From: Deltaproteobacteria bacterium
GTDB lineage: Bacteria; JAGRBM01; JAHCIT01
Length of the DNA stretch: 64,000 bases
Assembly: GCA_026129095.1 (NCBI GenBank)
Contig: JAHCIT010000001.1
Coordinates: 1-64,000 of the forward strand
Direction: 5' to 3'
The position numbers and the translations under genes were made by a program. Each line of letters starts with the position of its first letter. The stretch's first letter is position 1. Under the pieces are notes generated by a model, which searched no databases, had not been told where the DNA came from, and saw only the letters and a list, made by a program, of their open reading frames with translations. Shown piece after piece: positions 1 to 8,763 of this stretch.

Positions 1-453
<453 letters not shown>

Positions 454-524
454 TTAAGGGGTTAGAGGTGAAAATCCGGCTGGCTGCACCGGCGGGAACC
501 CCTCCCGCCCGGTGCTTCGCCACA

Positions 525-815
525 TCAGCTTTCGATGATAGCCAGCACATCCTCTTCGCGGAGGATCAGGTGCTCGACGCCTTCAATGTTGATTTCGGTC
601 CCGGCATATTTGCCGAACAGCACGATATCGCCCTTCTTCACGTCGAGGGGCTCGGTCTTGCCGCTTTCCAGCACGCGGCCCTTGCCGGCTGCCACAACCT
701 TGCCCCTGGAAGGCTTTTCCTTGGCGGCATCGGGGATGATGAGCCCGCCCTTGGTCTTTTCTTCTTCGTCCTCGCGTTTGACGAGAATCCGGTCGCCTAG
801 CGGTCGTACGGCCAT
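525..815 (-). CDS. groES: Co-chaperonin GroES
   Basis: [14 protein letters not shown]...[15 protein letters not shown]...[22 protein letters not shown] precedes the ATG at 815. Confidence 0.98.
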   Translation of the reverse strand: MAVRPLGDRILVKREDEEEKTKGGLIIPDAAKEKPSRGKVVAAGKGRVLESGKTEPLDVKKGDIVLFGKYAGTEINIEGVEHLILREEDVLAIIES

Positions 816-989
816 GTGGTCTATCCTCACTTCTTCTTTCATTCAGGGTTTGGTTTCTGGTGCTTCCGGGGTTCCGGCGAGAGCCGGTGCTGCCCAGCCT
901 AACTGCCGGAAACAGGAGTGTTTTACCGTATTTCCGCCATTTTCATCGTGGCGGGCCGCCCCCAGAAGTCGCCCATCGGCCGACGGCTC

Positions 990-1016
990 TTAGCACTCCA
1001 AAGCGGGGACTGCCAA
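990..1016. promoter_or_regulatory. CIRCE element (HrcA operator) upstream of groES
   Basis: TTAGCACTC-N9-GACTGCCAA versus consensus TTAGCACTC-N9-GAGTGCTAA (2 mismatches), upstream of groESL. Confidence 0.9.
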
Positions 1017-1032
1017 TGACCTCGGCGGGTCG

Positions 1033-1060
1033 AATGTAAATACGGGTGTGAAAACGGCAA
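1033..1060 (-). promoter_or_regulatory. Putative sigma70-type promoter of groESL
   Basis: Minus strand TTGCCG-N16-TACATT just upstream of the CIRCE element. Confidence 0.45.
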
Positions 1061-1160
1061 GGGGGACAGAAAAGTTTGAGGCGTGGTGAGCCGTGGCAGA
1101 GGGGCTGCACGGCCCGATATGCCGGGGGAAGATTAAAATCCAGGGGGCAAACTCCCCCTC

Positions 1161-1206
1161 TTGACGCGATACGGCAGGGTGGATATCCTCCCGACTGGTT
1201 GGACCA
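1161..1206 (+). promoter_or_regulatory. Putative sigma70 promoter with FadR/GntR-type operator
   Basis: TTGACG-N17-TATCCT (1161-1189) followed by palindrome TGGT-tgg-ACCA (1196-1206), matching the FadR-subfamily TGGT-N3-ACCA consensus, upstream of a GntR gene. Confidence 0.65.
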
Positions 1207-1296
1207 CCCGGCCAACGAGCCAGGAGCCATACCCGGTCCCGCCGGACAAAGCACACGGCCAGCCATTATATATTAAGGAAGCAGCCCGGAACCCCT

Positions 1297-2055
1297 ATGA
1301 ACTTCCAGCCGGTCAAGAAGGAAAACCTCACCGACGCCATCGTGGGCCAGGTGCGGACGGAGATCCTCAAGGGCACCTACAAGGCTGGCGACCGGCTGCC
1401 CTCGGAGCGCGAACTCGCCCTCATGTTCGCCGTGAACCGCACCACCGTGCGCGAGGCGATGGCCGAACTGGAGCACCTCGGCCTCGTGGAGCGCCGCCAG
1501 GGCGAGGGGTGCATCGTCCTCGACTACCACGAGACGGGCTCCATTGATCTCCTCCGCCACATGCTCACCCGGCCCGACATGGCCGGCCGGTTCGACCTCA
1601 AGGCCATCGAATCGGTCTGCGAGACGGCGGGGATCATCTACAGCGGCGCCGCCGAGATGGCCGCCCGGCAGATATCCCCCGGCGAGATCAAGGCGCTCCG
1701 CGAACTCTGCCGCTCGATGGACGAGGCCATCGACGCCCGCGATGTGGACCAGGCGATGGACCTGGACCGCCGGTTCCACCGCGCCGTCTTCGCCGCCACC
1801 CGGTCGATCGCGCTGGAACTGCTTTCCAACACCTTCTTCGAGATCATCCGGACCTACGAGCCCTACATCCGCATCCTCATGCAGGGGGAGATCGACCGCC
1901 ACCCGGACCGGATGCGTACCTTCTATCATCACCTTCTGGATGCCCTGCACGGCCGCGACGCCGTGCGTGCGGCGTCCCTTGTCCGCCGGATGGTCACCCC
2001 GTCCGACCCGGATCTATGGAAACAGGTCACAGGCCAGGCGGGCCACCGGAGCTGA
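1297..2055 (+). CDS. GntR/FadR-family transcriptional regulator (wHTH + FCD)
   Basis: GDRLPSERELALMFAVNRTTVREAM...LVERRQGEG; C-terminal LDRRFHRAVF FCD-like motif. Confidence 0.93.
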   Translation: MNFQPVKKENLTDAIVGQVRTEILKGTYKAGDRLPSERELALMFAVNRTTVREAMAELEHLGLVERRQGEGCIVLDYHETGSIDLLRHMLTRPDMAGRFDLKAIESVCETAGIIYSGAAEMAARQISPGEIKALRELCRSMDEAIDARDVDQAMDLDRRFHRAVFAATRSIALELLSNTFFEIIRTYEPYIRILMQGEIDRHPDRMRTFYHHLLDALHGRDAVRAASLVRRMVTPSDPDLWKQVTGQAGHRS

Positions 2056-2104
2056 CGCGCTCCCCCGCAGGCGAAAACCCCCGGAACCCGAAAAGGAGGC
2101 CCCC

Positions 2105-3064
2105 ATGCCGATGCAGCTCAACAAGGAGTTCAGCCCCTACCGCCCCGAGAACCTTGTCTCGGTGGACAGTTTCCCCAAGCTCGCCTCCTCGGTGGCCGGC
2201 TCCAAGAAGGTGTTCTGGGACGACGAGAAGGTGTTCGAGGAAATCCTGTCCCGCAACGGCGGGAAGATCGACCTCACGGCCGAGGAGAAGAAGGCCATCG
2301 CCGGCCTCATGTCGATCATCTACTACGGCGAGATCGTCGCCATGCACACCTCGGCCCAGCTCGTGGGGCTGGTGCCCGACCTCGCCGCCCAGTTCGTGCT
2401 CTCCTTCCAGACGATGGAGGAGACCAAGCACGTGATGATGATGGGCCGGTACCTGAAGGCCCTCGACATCCCGATCCCCGAGATCAACCCGTGGGCGAAA
2501 AAGCTGCTCGACAGCATCCTCGCCGTGGACGACCCGGTGCTGAAGCTCCTCGGCATGAACCTGATCGTCGAGAACGTCGCCCACAGCATCTTCACGATGA
2601 TCCAGGACAACTTCGACGAGCCGGTGCTGCGCGACTGCCTGCACTACATTGACTTGGACGAGGTGAAGCATGTGGCGCTGGCCAAGAACTACCTGCCCGA
2701 ACTGCTCCGCAAGACGGGCCGGGTCCGGGCCATGCGGTTCGTCGGCTACCAGATCCTGTGGAACTACTACATGATACGGGCGCAAACCCGGATCATGGAG
2801 GACGCAAAGCCCCTCAACATCAACTGGAACAAGCAGGCCAAGCGCGACACGATCGACTGGATCAACCTGTTCAAGGAGATCCCTGAGGATGCCCGGCGCG
2901 GCCTCATCACCCCGCCCTCGCGCAAGCAGGCCGAATGGCTCATTGACTGGCTGATGCCGCCGGAAAAATTCGCCCACATCGAGGAAAAGCGCCTGCGCAT
3001 GAACGCCGAACGCCGTGCCCGGATGCAGCCGAAGATCACCGCCCCGCACGAGGGAATGAACTAG
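2105..3064 (+). CDS. Ferritin-like diiron protein (possible oxygenase/desaturase-like)
   Basis: AAGGAGG RBS before the ATG at 2105. Diiron ligand pattern YGE...EETKH...VENVAH...DEVKH. Confidence 0.8.
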   Translation: MPMQLNKEFSPYRPENLVSVDSFPKLASSVAGSKKVFWDDEKVFEEILSRNGGKIDLTAEEKKAIAGLMSIIYYGEIVAMHTSAQLVGLVPDLAAQFVLSFQTMEETKHVMMMGRYLKALDIPIPEINPWAKKLLDSILAVDDPVLKLLGMNLIVENVAHSIFTMIQDNFDEPVLRDCLHYIDLDEVKHVALAKNYLPELLRKTGRVRAMRFVGYQILWNYYMIRAQTRIMEDAKPLNINWNKQAKRDTIDWINLFKEIPEDARRGLITPPSRKQAEWLIDWLMPPEKFAHIEEKRLRMNAERRARMQPKITAPHEGMN

Positions 3065-3199
3065 GGGGCCGATTACCGGACCCGGACAGCATACCTCAAG
3101 GCAGTCTTCAATCTGGTTGCAGGTCTTCCCTTTTCAAGGAGGGCCTGGCCCGTCCATGCTGGGACAGTCGCAGTCCATGAAGAAAAGACGGGTGGTTTG

Positions 3200-5128
3200 A
3201 TGGCTGGTTCGTCACCGCAGGGCGCCCCGACGTCCCTTTTCGACCGCTTTCTTGACCGTTACGAACGGGTCGTAGGCTGGCCCACAGGCCGGAAGGTCTT
3301 TCTCCTGACGAGCCTGGCGCTGGCTGTACATCTGCTCGCCTCCACCGGACTGAGAACAGCCGTTTCCCATAGCAGCCGTGTGGGAGGATTTTTCGACCCG
3401 GCCCCCCTGATCTTCATCCGCCGCGCCTGGTTTGCCTGGCTCGTCCCGTTCTTCCTCGTTTGCCTCTGGCGTATGCGCTCGAAGGGCGAGGAGCGCTGGC
3501 TCGCCCACGTTCTCATCTGGCTCTATGCCTTCACCGTCATGCTCCTGTTTCATGCGTGGGGGCAGATCACAACGGCGTACTTCTTCATCGCGCCGATGCT
3601 CACCCTGTTCGCCGCCATCGCCTTCGATACCCGCATCGGATGGTGGACCTATTTCCTGGCGACCCTGCTCACCTGCGTAATGGCGGCCGTCGATACGCTG
3701 GGGCTGATGCCTTATGCCCGCGCATTCCTCGAACGGACCCTCGATTCGCATACCCGTGCGATCTACTACGTGCCGGTTCTCTGTGTGAGCTGGGCGGGGT
3801 TCTCGCTGGTGTTCCTGCTGGTTCAGGCGACAACTGCCAGCAGGGCCCGGCTACGAGAGGCCATCGGGAAAACCTATGGAGAGCTGGCTCGCGCAAAGGA
3901 TTCACTGGCGCGGTCGAAGGCGCTCTCCATCATCGCCGGGGCGGGTGCCGCAGCCGCTCATGAACTCGGGAACCCGCTGGCCTCCAGCGGGGCGCTCCTC
4001 CAGCTCCTGCGCGAGGATCTCCCCGCTTCCATCCGCGACAGGGCCCTACCGCTCATCGAGAGGATACTGGCACGCGAAAAGCGGATTTCCGAGGTGGTCC
4101 ACCGGCTGCAGAAGGAGACCGACGACGTGATGCGGCACGAGGCGATCGGTCCCGTCCCTCCCGGATACGAAGCCGAAAGTCTGCCGGATGCGGTCCGTGG
4201 CCCGGCTTCGCTCCGCTCCACGCTCGCCGAGCGCTATGAAACCTCCACCGATTGGCCGCTGGCGCGGAAAGCGTTCTTCATGAACCTGGTTTTGCTTCCG
4301 CTCGCCCTCTTCATGAGCACAGGCGTGAGCTATGCCTGGAAGGCAGGAATCGCGGATAACCTGCTTGACCTGAACCCCCTCGTCTGGCTGCTCTGGGGAT
4401 ACGTCCTGTGGCTCGGACTGTCAGTGGCTGCGGCACGCTTCTTCATCGTGCGGAATGAAAACTCCCGCCTGCCGGCCTATCTGTCGCTGATCGGGGTATT
4501 CCTGCTCTCCTTCGGCCTGTTGCGTCTCTTCGGAACGGTCAGCAGCGCCGTGTTCGCAATCCTTCCGGGGCTCCTCATCTGTCACCTGGTCTTTCTGGAT
4601 ACGCGAATTGGATGGGCAGGATGGGCTGGTGGCACCGCCACCATCCTGCTCCTAGCCTGGGGGGATATCTCGGGTGCGTGGCACTATGCGCCACTTTTCC
4701 GGCTACGGCAGATTGACGATCAGCTGGCGCCGGTCTTCTATCTGACACTTCTGGCGACAGTATGGACCAGCTTCACGTGGGCATTCGTGCAGGTACAGCT
4801 CGCCGAGCGGCTTCGCATCTCGGAACAGCAAAAGATCGAGGAAGCCACCAGACGGCTGGCTACCGCCAAAGAAGATCTGGCACAGGCTGAAGGACGGGCC
4901 GCGGCGGGGAGCATCGTGATGGAGCTGATCCCGAAACTGCTTGGTCCGTTGCAGGAAAACGAACCCGATCTCAGGGCCTTGGAACGGGAACTGGCGGCCG
5001 TTCCGGGTGGTGCGGCCAGGGGAGAGCTGGATGTGCTGGCGAGGATCCTGAAGGCGGAAGCCAGGGCCGCCACCATGGCCGGACAACTGGAGAAACTGTC
5101 CGTGCCCGTGGCCGGCGCTCCGGCCTGA
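3200..5128 (+). CDS. Polytopic membrane protein with two tandem sensor modules and a HisKA-like helix pair, no HATPase domain
   Basis: Many hydrophobic segments, internal duplication (WPTGRK/WPLARK; DTRIGW twice), H-box-like AHELGNPL, no N/G1/F/G2 boxes. Confidence 0.75.
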   Translation: MAGSSPQGAPTSLFDRFLDRYERVVGWPTGRKVFLLTSLALAVHLLASTGLRTAVSHSSRVGGFFDPAPLIFIRRAWFAWLVPFFLVCLWRMRSKGEERWLAHVLIWLYAFTVMLLFHAWGQITTAYFFIAPMLTLFAAIAFDTRIGWWTYFLATLLTCVMAAVDTLGLMPYARAFLERTLDSHTRAIYYVPVLCVSWAGFSLVFLLVQATTASRARLREAIGKTYGELARAKDSLARSKALSIIAGAGAAAAHELGNPLASSGALLQLLREDLPASIRDRALPLIERILAREKRISEVVHRLQKETDDVMRHEAIGPVPPGYEAESLPDAVRGPASLRSTLAERYETSTDWPLARKAFFMNLVLLPLALFMSTGVSYAWKAGIADNLLDLNPLVWLLWGYVLWLGLSVAAARFFIVRNENSRLPAYLSLIGVFLLSFGLLRLFGTVSSAVFAILPGLLICHLVFLDTRIGWAGWAGGTATILLLAWGDISGAWHYAPLFRLRQIDDQLAPVFYLTLLATVWTSFTWAFVQVQLAERLRISEQQKIEEATRRLATAKEDLAQAEGRAAAGSIVMELIPKLLGPLQENEPDLRALERELAAVPGGAARGELDVLARILKAEARAATMAGQLEKLSVPVAGAPA

Positions 5129-5149
5129 AACCGCGCCTTTTACTCCTCA

Positions 5150-5977
5150 CTACTCGAACCCAAGGCCCGCGTAGCCGACGACGGCAGTGAGGTCGCCGCT
5201 CACGTCGCCGCTGGTGGCGTAGTCCAGAAGCTCGGCGCGGGTCGCGCCGAGGCGGCGGACCGCCTCCAGCATGGCGGTAATCGGCTGGTAGCCGCAGACG
5301 GAGAGGTCTTTCTCCTCGACCGTCCGGAACAGCTTTTCGGGGTCCAGCTCCAGCATGGCGTCAATGGCCAGCCGGTCGAGCTGCCGGGTGAGGGCGTCAG
5401 GGAGGTAATGGTTCATGTCGCTGGAGACGACGATGAGGATCTGCCGTCCGGCCGCCTCGCGGGCGCGGGCGATGCTCCGGGCAATATCGGCGCCGGCGGC
5501 GCGGAGTTCCTGCAAGGAGAGACCCCCAAGGGTGATGGGGACGATCTTCAGCCGGGGGTTTCGTTCCAGAAGGAACGGAAGCTGGACTTCAAGGGCATGC
5601 TCACGCACGTGGGCCATGACGTCGGGGCGCAGGATAGCCGATCCAGTTACCAGCTCCCGGGCCAACTCTTCGTCGACCGGCACGTCGCCCAGCGGCGTTC
5701 GCCAGGCCCCTGAAGTCCACACTGCCGCCCGGGCCCCGAGCCCGGTGTGGTTCGGTCCGATGAGCACCGCCGTGTCCGGCACATTGGCCGACGCGGCTAC
5801 TGCTCCCGCCACGGAACCCGAGTACACGTAGCCCGCATGGGGCATGACGATCGCCAGAAAGTTTCGGGGGGATTTATTCCGGCGGAGATACTCGCGGACC
5901 GTGGCGTCCAGTTCCACTCTTCGCGCCGGATAGAATCTACCGGCGACTGCGGGCTCACGTATGTTCGTGTCCTTCAT
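5150..5977 (-). CDS. amrB: AmmeMemoRadiSam system protein B (MEMO1 family)
   Basis: REPAVAGRFYP, PHAGYVYSG, GPNH, EHALEVQLPFL, SSDMNHY, SVCG, YATSGD...VVGYA. Confidence 0.95.
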   Translation of the reverse strand: MKDTNIREPAVAGRFYPARRVELDATVREYLRRNKSPRNFLAIVMPHAGYVYSGSVAGAVAASANVPDTAVLIGPNHTGLGARAAVWTSGAWRTPLGDVPVDEELARELVTGSAILRPDVMAHVREHALEVQLPFLLERNPRLKIVPITLGGLSLQELRAAGADIARSIARAREAAGRQILIVVSSDMNHYLPDALTRQLDRLAIDAMLELDPEKLFRTVEEKDLSVCGYQPITAMLEAVRRLGATRAELLDYATSGDVSGDLTAVVGYAGLGFE

Positions 5978-6016
5978 TGAAGCAGATGGGAACCGGAACC
6001 GGGTAGAAGAAGCGCA

Positions 6017-6088
6017 CTAGCGCTTCTTCGCTTTCTTCGCGGGCTTCTTCTTGGCCGTCTTCTTAGCTGCTTTCTTCTTTGCTGCCAC
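6017..6088 (-). CDS. 23-aa Lys/Ala-rich basic microprotein (MAAKKKAAKKTAKKKPAKKAKKR)
   Basis: GTG start at 6088 preceded by strong SD AAAGGAGGT; TAG stop at 6017-6019; promoter-like sequence upstream. Confidence 0.7.
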   Translation of the reverse strand: MAAKKKAAKKTAKKKPAKKAKKR

Positions 6089-6130
6089 CGCCTGGTTACC
6101 TCCTTTCGACAGATTTCGGCGAATGAATGA

Positions 6131-6160
6131 ATTGTAAGGATATCGGGCACCCAATTGCAA
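6131..6160 (-). promoter_or_regulatory. Putative sigma70 promoter for the microprotein-amrB unit
   Basis: Minus strand TTGCAA-N18-TACAAT in an AT-rich patch. Confidence 0.55.
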
Positions 6161-6257
6161 TAAGAATCGACAGGTTCCGGCGGTCTGTCGCGCCCCGGCC
6201 GGCGGCTCCCTTGCGGGCATGTCAGCAGGGACGGTATGCTTTTCTCCGCGTGCACCG

Positions 6258-6725
6258 ATGAGTGATCCCGTTTCACAGCGTCCCGCGTCCGGGCTCTCGC
6301 CGATACTCGGCGACGAGATCGACGCGCTCCGCCGCCGCGCGGAGATCGACCTCGACGTGCTGATGCGCGAGCACAAGTACGAACTCGACCAGATCCTGCA
6401 GCAGCAGAAGTCGGCGCTTCGCGCCGTGATGCTTCTGGCGCTCACCGTTGTCTTTCTTGCCGCCGGTGCCGTTTTCTGGCTCCGGTCCGCCGACCTTGAG
6501 AGTCTGGACCGCCAGCGCACGGAACTGTCGCTCCTGTCGGCAGAGCTTCGCCGCAAGAACGAGGAGGCGCAGGCCCTGGTGGAATCGTTCCGCGAGATCG
6601 AGCGGGCCTGGAAGCGGCGGCTTCTGGACGCCTCGGGACTCCGCCACCAGGAGGATGCCGCCCTGCCCCTGCTGGAAAGCGCCCCGGCGGCCGGACCGGC
6701 CGCGCCCCCCCCTGCCGCCCCCTAG
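6258..6725 (+). CDS. Hypothetical single-pass membrane coiled-coil protein
   Basis: One hydrophobic helix (AVMLLALTVVFLAAGAVFW) flanked by charged heptad-like segments. Confidence 0.6.
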   Translation: MSDPVSQRPASGLSPILGDEIDALRRRAEIDLDVLMREHKYELDQILQQQKSALRAVMLLALTVVFLAAGAVFWLRSADLESLDRQRTELSLLSAELRRKNEEAQALVESFREIERAWKRRLLDASGLRHQEDAALPLLESAPAAGPAAPPPAAP

Positions 6726-6844
6726 AACCCCGGTGCCGCGCCCTGCATGGACACCTACCCCGATTTCTGGTATCTCTTAACGAAAGCCGCAGGTTATGGC
6801 CGCCGCCCCGGACGGGGACAGCCGCCAGGAGAGTTGGACGATAG

Positions 6845-7579
6845 ATGGATGCCAACCGGAAGAAGATAGTCGTTGTCGGCGGGGCCCTCGTGGTCGCGCT
6901 CGTGCTGGTCCTGTTTGTGGTCCTGTTCTTCCTGGGCGGGGAGCCCGAGCCCCGGCCGGTCGCCGTGACGCCTCCCCCGCCGGTCGAGGCTCCGCCGCCA
7001 AAGGCCGAGGAACCCAAGCCCGAAGCCAAGCCGCAGCGGCTGGCGAGCTATACGGTCAAGAAGGGCGCCACGATGGAGGACATCGCTGCCCGCCCGGACA
7101 TCTACGGCAAGGGCGACGACTGGTGGGTCTTGTGGCAGGCGAACCCCGACGCCGTTTCCCATGCCTTCCAGACCGAGGGCGGGAAATGGGTGGCCATCGT
7201 CCGCGCCGGCAAGACGCTGAAGGTGCCAGAACCCAAGGCCCTCTCCCAGATGGACAAGAATTCGCTCACGGCTGCCGTCCAGCCTTATGCCGTCCAGTTC
7301 GCCTCGTTCCCCAGCGCGGGCGAGGCAAACCGCCTGCTGGCATCGCTCTCGGCCAGCGGCGCGGCGGATTTCTACGTCACGCCCCGCTATGTGGATGGGG
7401 TCAACTACCACCGCGTTCGCGCCGGGTTCTTCAGGAACTGGAACGAGGCCGAGCGGTTCGGCGCCACTTTCACCCAGTCGAACAGCGCGGCCGATGACTA
7501 CTACGTGACCGAGCCGCGCCCGGAAGAGGTCCGCGACCAGAACGCCGCGCTCCTCCGGAAATACAAGGGTGGCGAGTAG
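6845..7579 (+). CDS. Membrane-anchored LysM-like + SPOR-domain protein
   Basis: N-terminal TM, Pro-rich linker, YTVKKGATMEDIA...YG...W..LWQANP (LysM-like), YAVQFASF...YHRVRAGFF (SPOR). Confidence 0.8.
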   Translation: MDANRKKIVVVGGALVVALVLVLFVVLFFLGGEPEPRPVAVTPPPPVEAPPPKAEEPKPEAKPQRLASYTVKKGATMEDIAARPDIYGKGDDWWVLWQANPDAVSHAFQTEGGKWVAIVRAGKTLKVPEPKALSQMDKNSLTAAVQPYAVQFASFPSAGEANRLLASLSASGAADFYVTPRYVDGVNYHRVRAGFFRNWNEAERFGATFTQSNSAADDYYVTEPRPEEVRDQNAALLRKYKGGE

Positions 7580-8743
7580 CTACTTCCCCCGGATCCGGTC
7601 CCTCGTCTGGTAAGCGTAGCGGTCGGTCATGCCGGCCACGTAGTCGCACACGCACCGGTGCAGCCCCTTCTTGCCGATCCTCGACCGGTAGGTATCGGGC
7701 AGCTCGTCCGGGCGTTCCGCGAAATAGAGAAACACCTCGCTCACCACGCTGTCGCTTTCCCGGTGATGGGCCTCCACCCTGGGATGCTGGTAGAGGTTCC
7801 GGTAGAGATGGGCCTTGAGCTGGCGGCGGAGGACGTCGGTCCCCTCCGGCAGGGCGGTGAGCCAGCCGCCGCGGCTGCGGATATCGTCGGCCGTGGCGAC
7901 ACGGGCCGCCTCCACCCGGCGGGAGGTTTCCCCCGCCAGTTCGCCGATCAGGTGGCCGATGAGCCACCGGATCGCTGTCAGGCGCAACACCTTCTCGCGC
8001 ATCTTCGGGGTCCGGGTGGCGGGCGTCTCGCCCGAATCCCTCAGGCGGCGGCGGGCCTCCTCCAGTGCCATCGCCCACAGTTCGACCTTTGCCAGCGCGT
8101 CCGCGTCCAGAAGACCCGACTCCAGCCCGTCGTCTATGTCGTGGTTGAGGTAGGCGATCTCGTCGGCGAGGTCGATGAGCTGCGCCTCCAGCGAGGGCGG
8201 CCTTGAAGGGTCGAGCCGTTCGATCCGTTTGCAGCTTCTGAATGGCTTTCCGGGCGAATGCTTGAGGATTCCCTCCCGCGTCACCCAGGTGAGGTTGATT
8301 CCCGGGAAGCCGGGATAGCGGGTTTCCAGTTCCTCGACGATCCTGAGCGACTGGAGGTTGTGTTCGAACCCGCCGTGTTCCCGCATCAGGCCGTTCAGGA
8401 CGGCCTCCCCCGAGTGGCCGAACGGCGGATGCCCCAGGTCATGCGACAGCGCGAGCGCCTCGGCGAGATCCTCGTTCAGGCGGAGGCGGCGGGCGATGGC
8501 GCGGCTCACCTGGGCGACCTCGATCGAATGGGTGAGGCGCGTGCGGTAGTAGTCGCCCTCGTGGTTGACGAACACCTGGGTCTTGTATTCGAGCCGCCGG
8601 AACGCTCCCGTGTGAATGATCCGGTCCCGGTCCCGCTCAAAGTCCGGGCGGCCGTCATTGTGGGTTTCCGGGTAGCGCCGCCCCCTGACGTCCGGGTGCC
8701 GTTCGGCCCACGGGGCCAAGGGGATGTTTTCGGCGGCGGTCAT
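7580..8743 (-). CDS. dgt: Deoxyguanosinetriphosphate triphosphohydrolase (HD family)
   Basis: FERDRDRIIHTGAFRRLEYKTQVF, RTRLTHS, HDLGHPPFGHSGE, ADEIAY..HDIDD, CDYVAGMTDRYA. Confidence 0.96.
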   Translation of the reverse strand: MTAAENIPLAPWAERHPDVRGRRYPETHNDGRPDFERDRDRIIHTGAFRRLEYKTQVFVNHEGDYYRTRLTHSIEVAQVSRAIARRLRLNEDLAEALALSHDLGHPPFGHSGEAVLNGLMREHGGFEHNLQSLRIVEELETRYPGFPGINLTWVTREGILKHSPGKPFRSCKRIERLDPSRPPSLEAQLIDLADEIAYLNHDIDDGLESGLLDADALAKVELWAMALEEARRRLRDSGETPATRTPKMREKVLRLTAIRWLIGHLIGELAGETSRRVEAARVATADDIRSRGGWLTALPEGTDVLRRQLKAHLYRNLYQHPRVEAHHRESDSVVSEVFLYFAERPDELPDTYRSRIGKKGLHRCVCDYVAGMTDRYAYQTRDRIRGK

Positions 8744-8763
8744 CGCTGGCGGCAGGAGGCCTT

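Noticed and set aside
1544-2104. N-terminal extension of the ferritin-like ORF
   Set aside because: Overlaps the GntR gene out of frame. The strong RBS supports a start at 2105.
6089-6556. 179-aa long version of the microprotein ORF
   Set aside because: Overlaps a plus-strand gene. The SD and promoter point to the GTG at 6088.
7580-8743. dGTPase as an anti-phage defence gene
   Set aside because: Housekeeping-type Dgt sequence, host-like composition and no defence-island neighbours.
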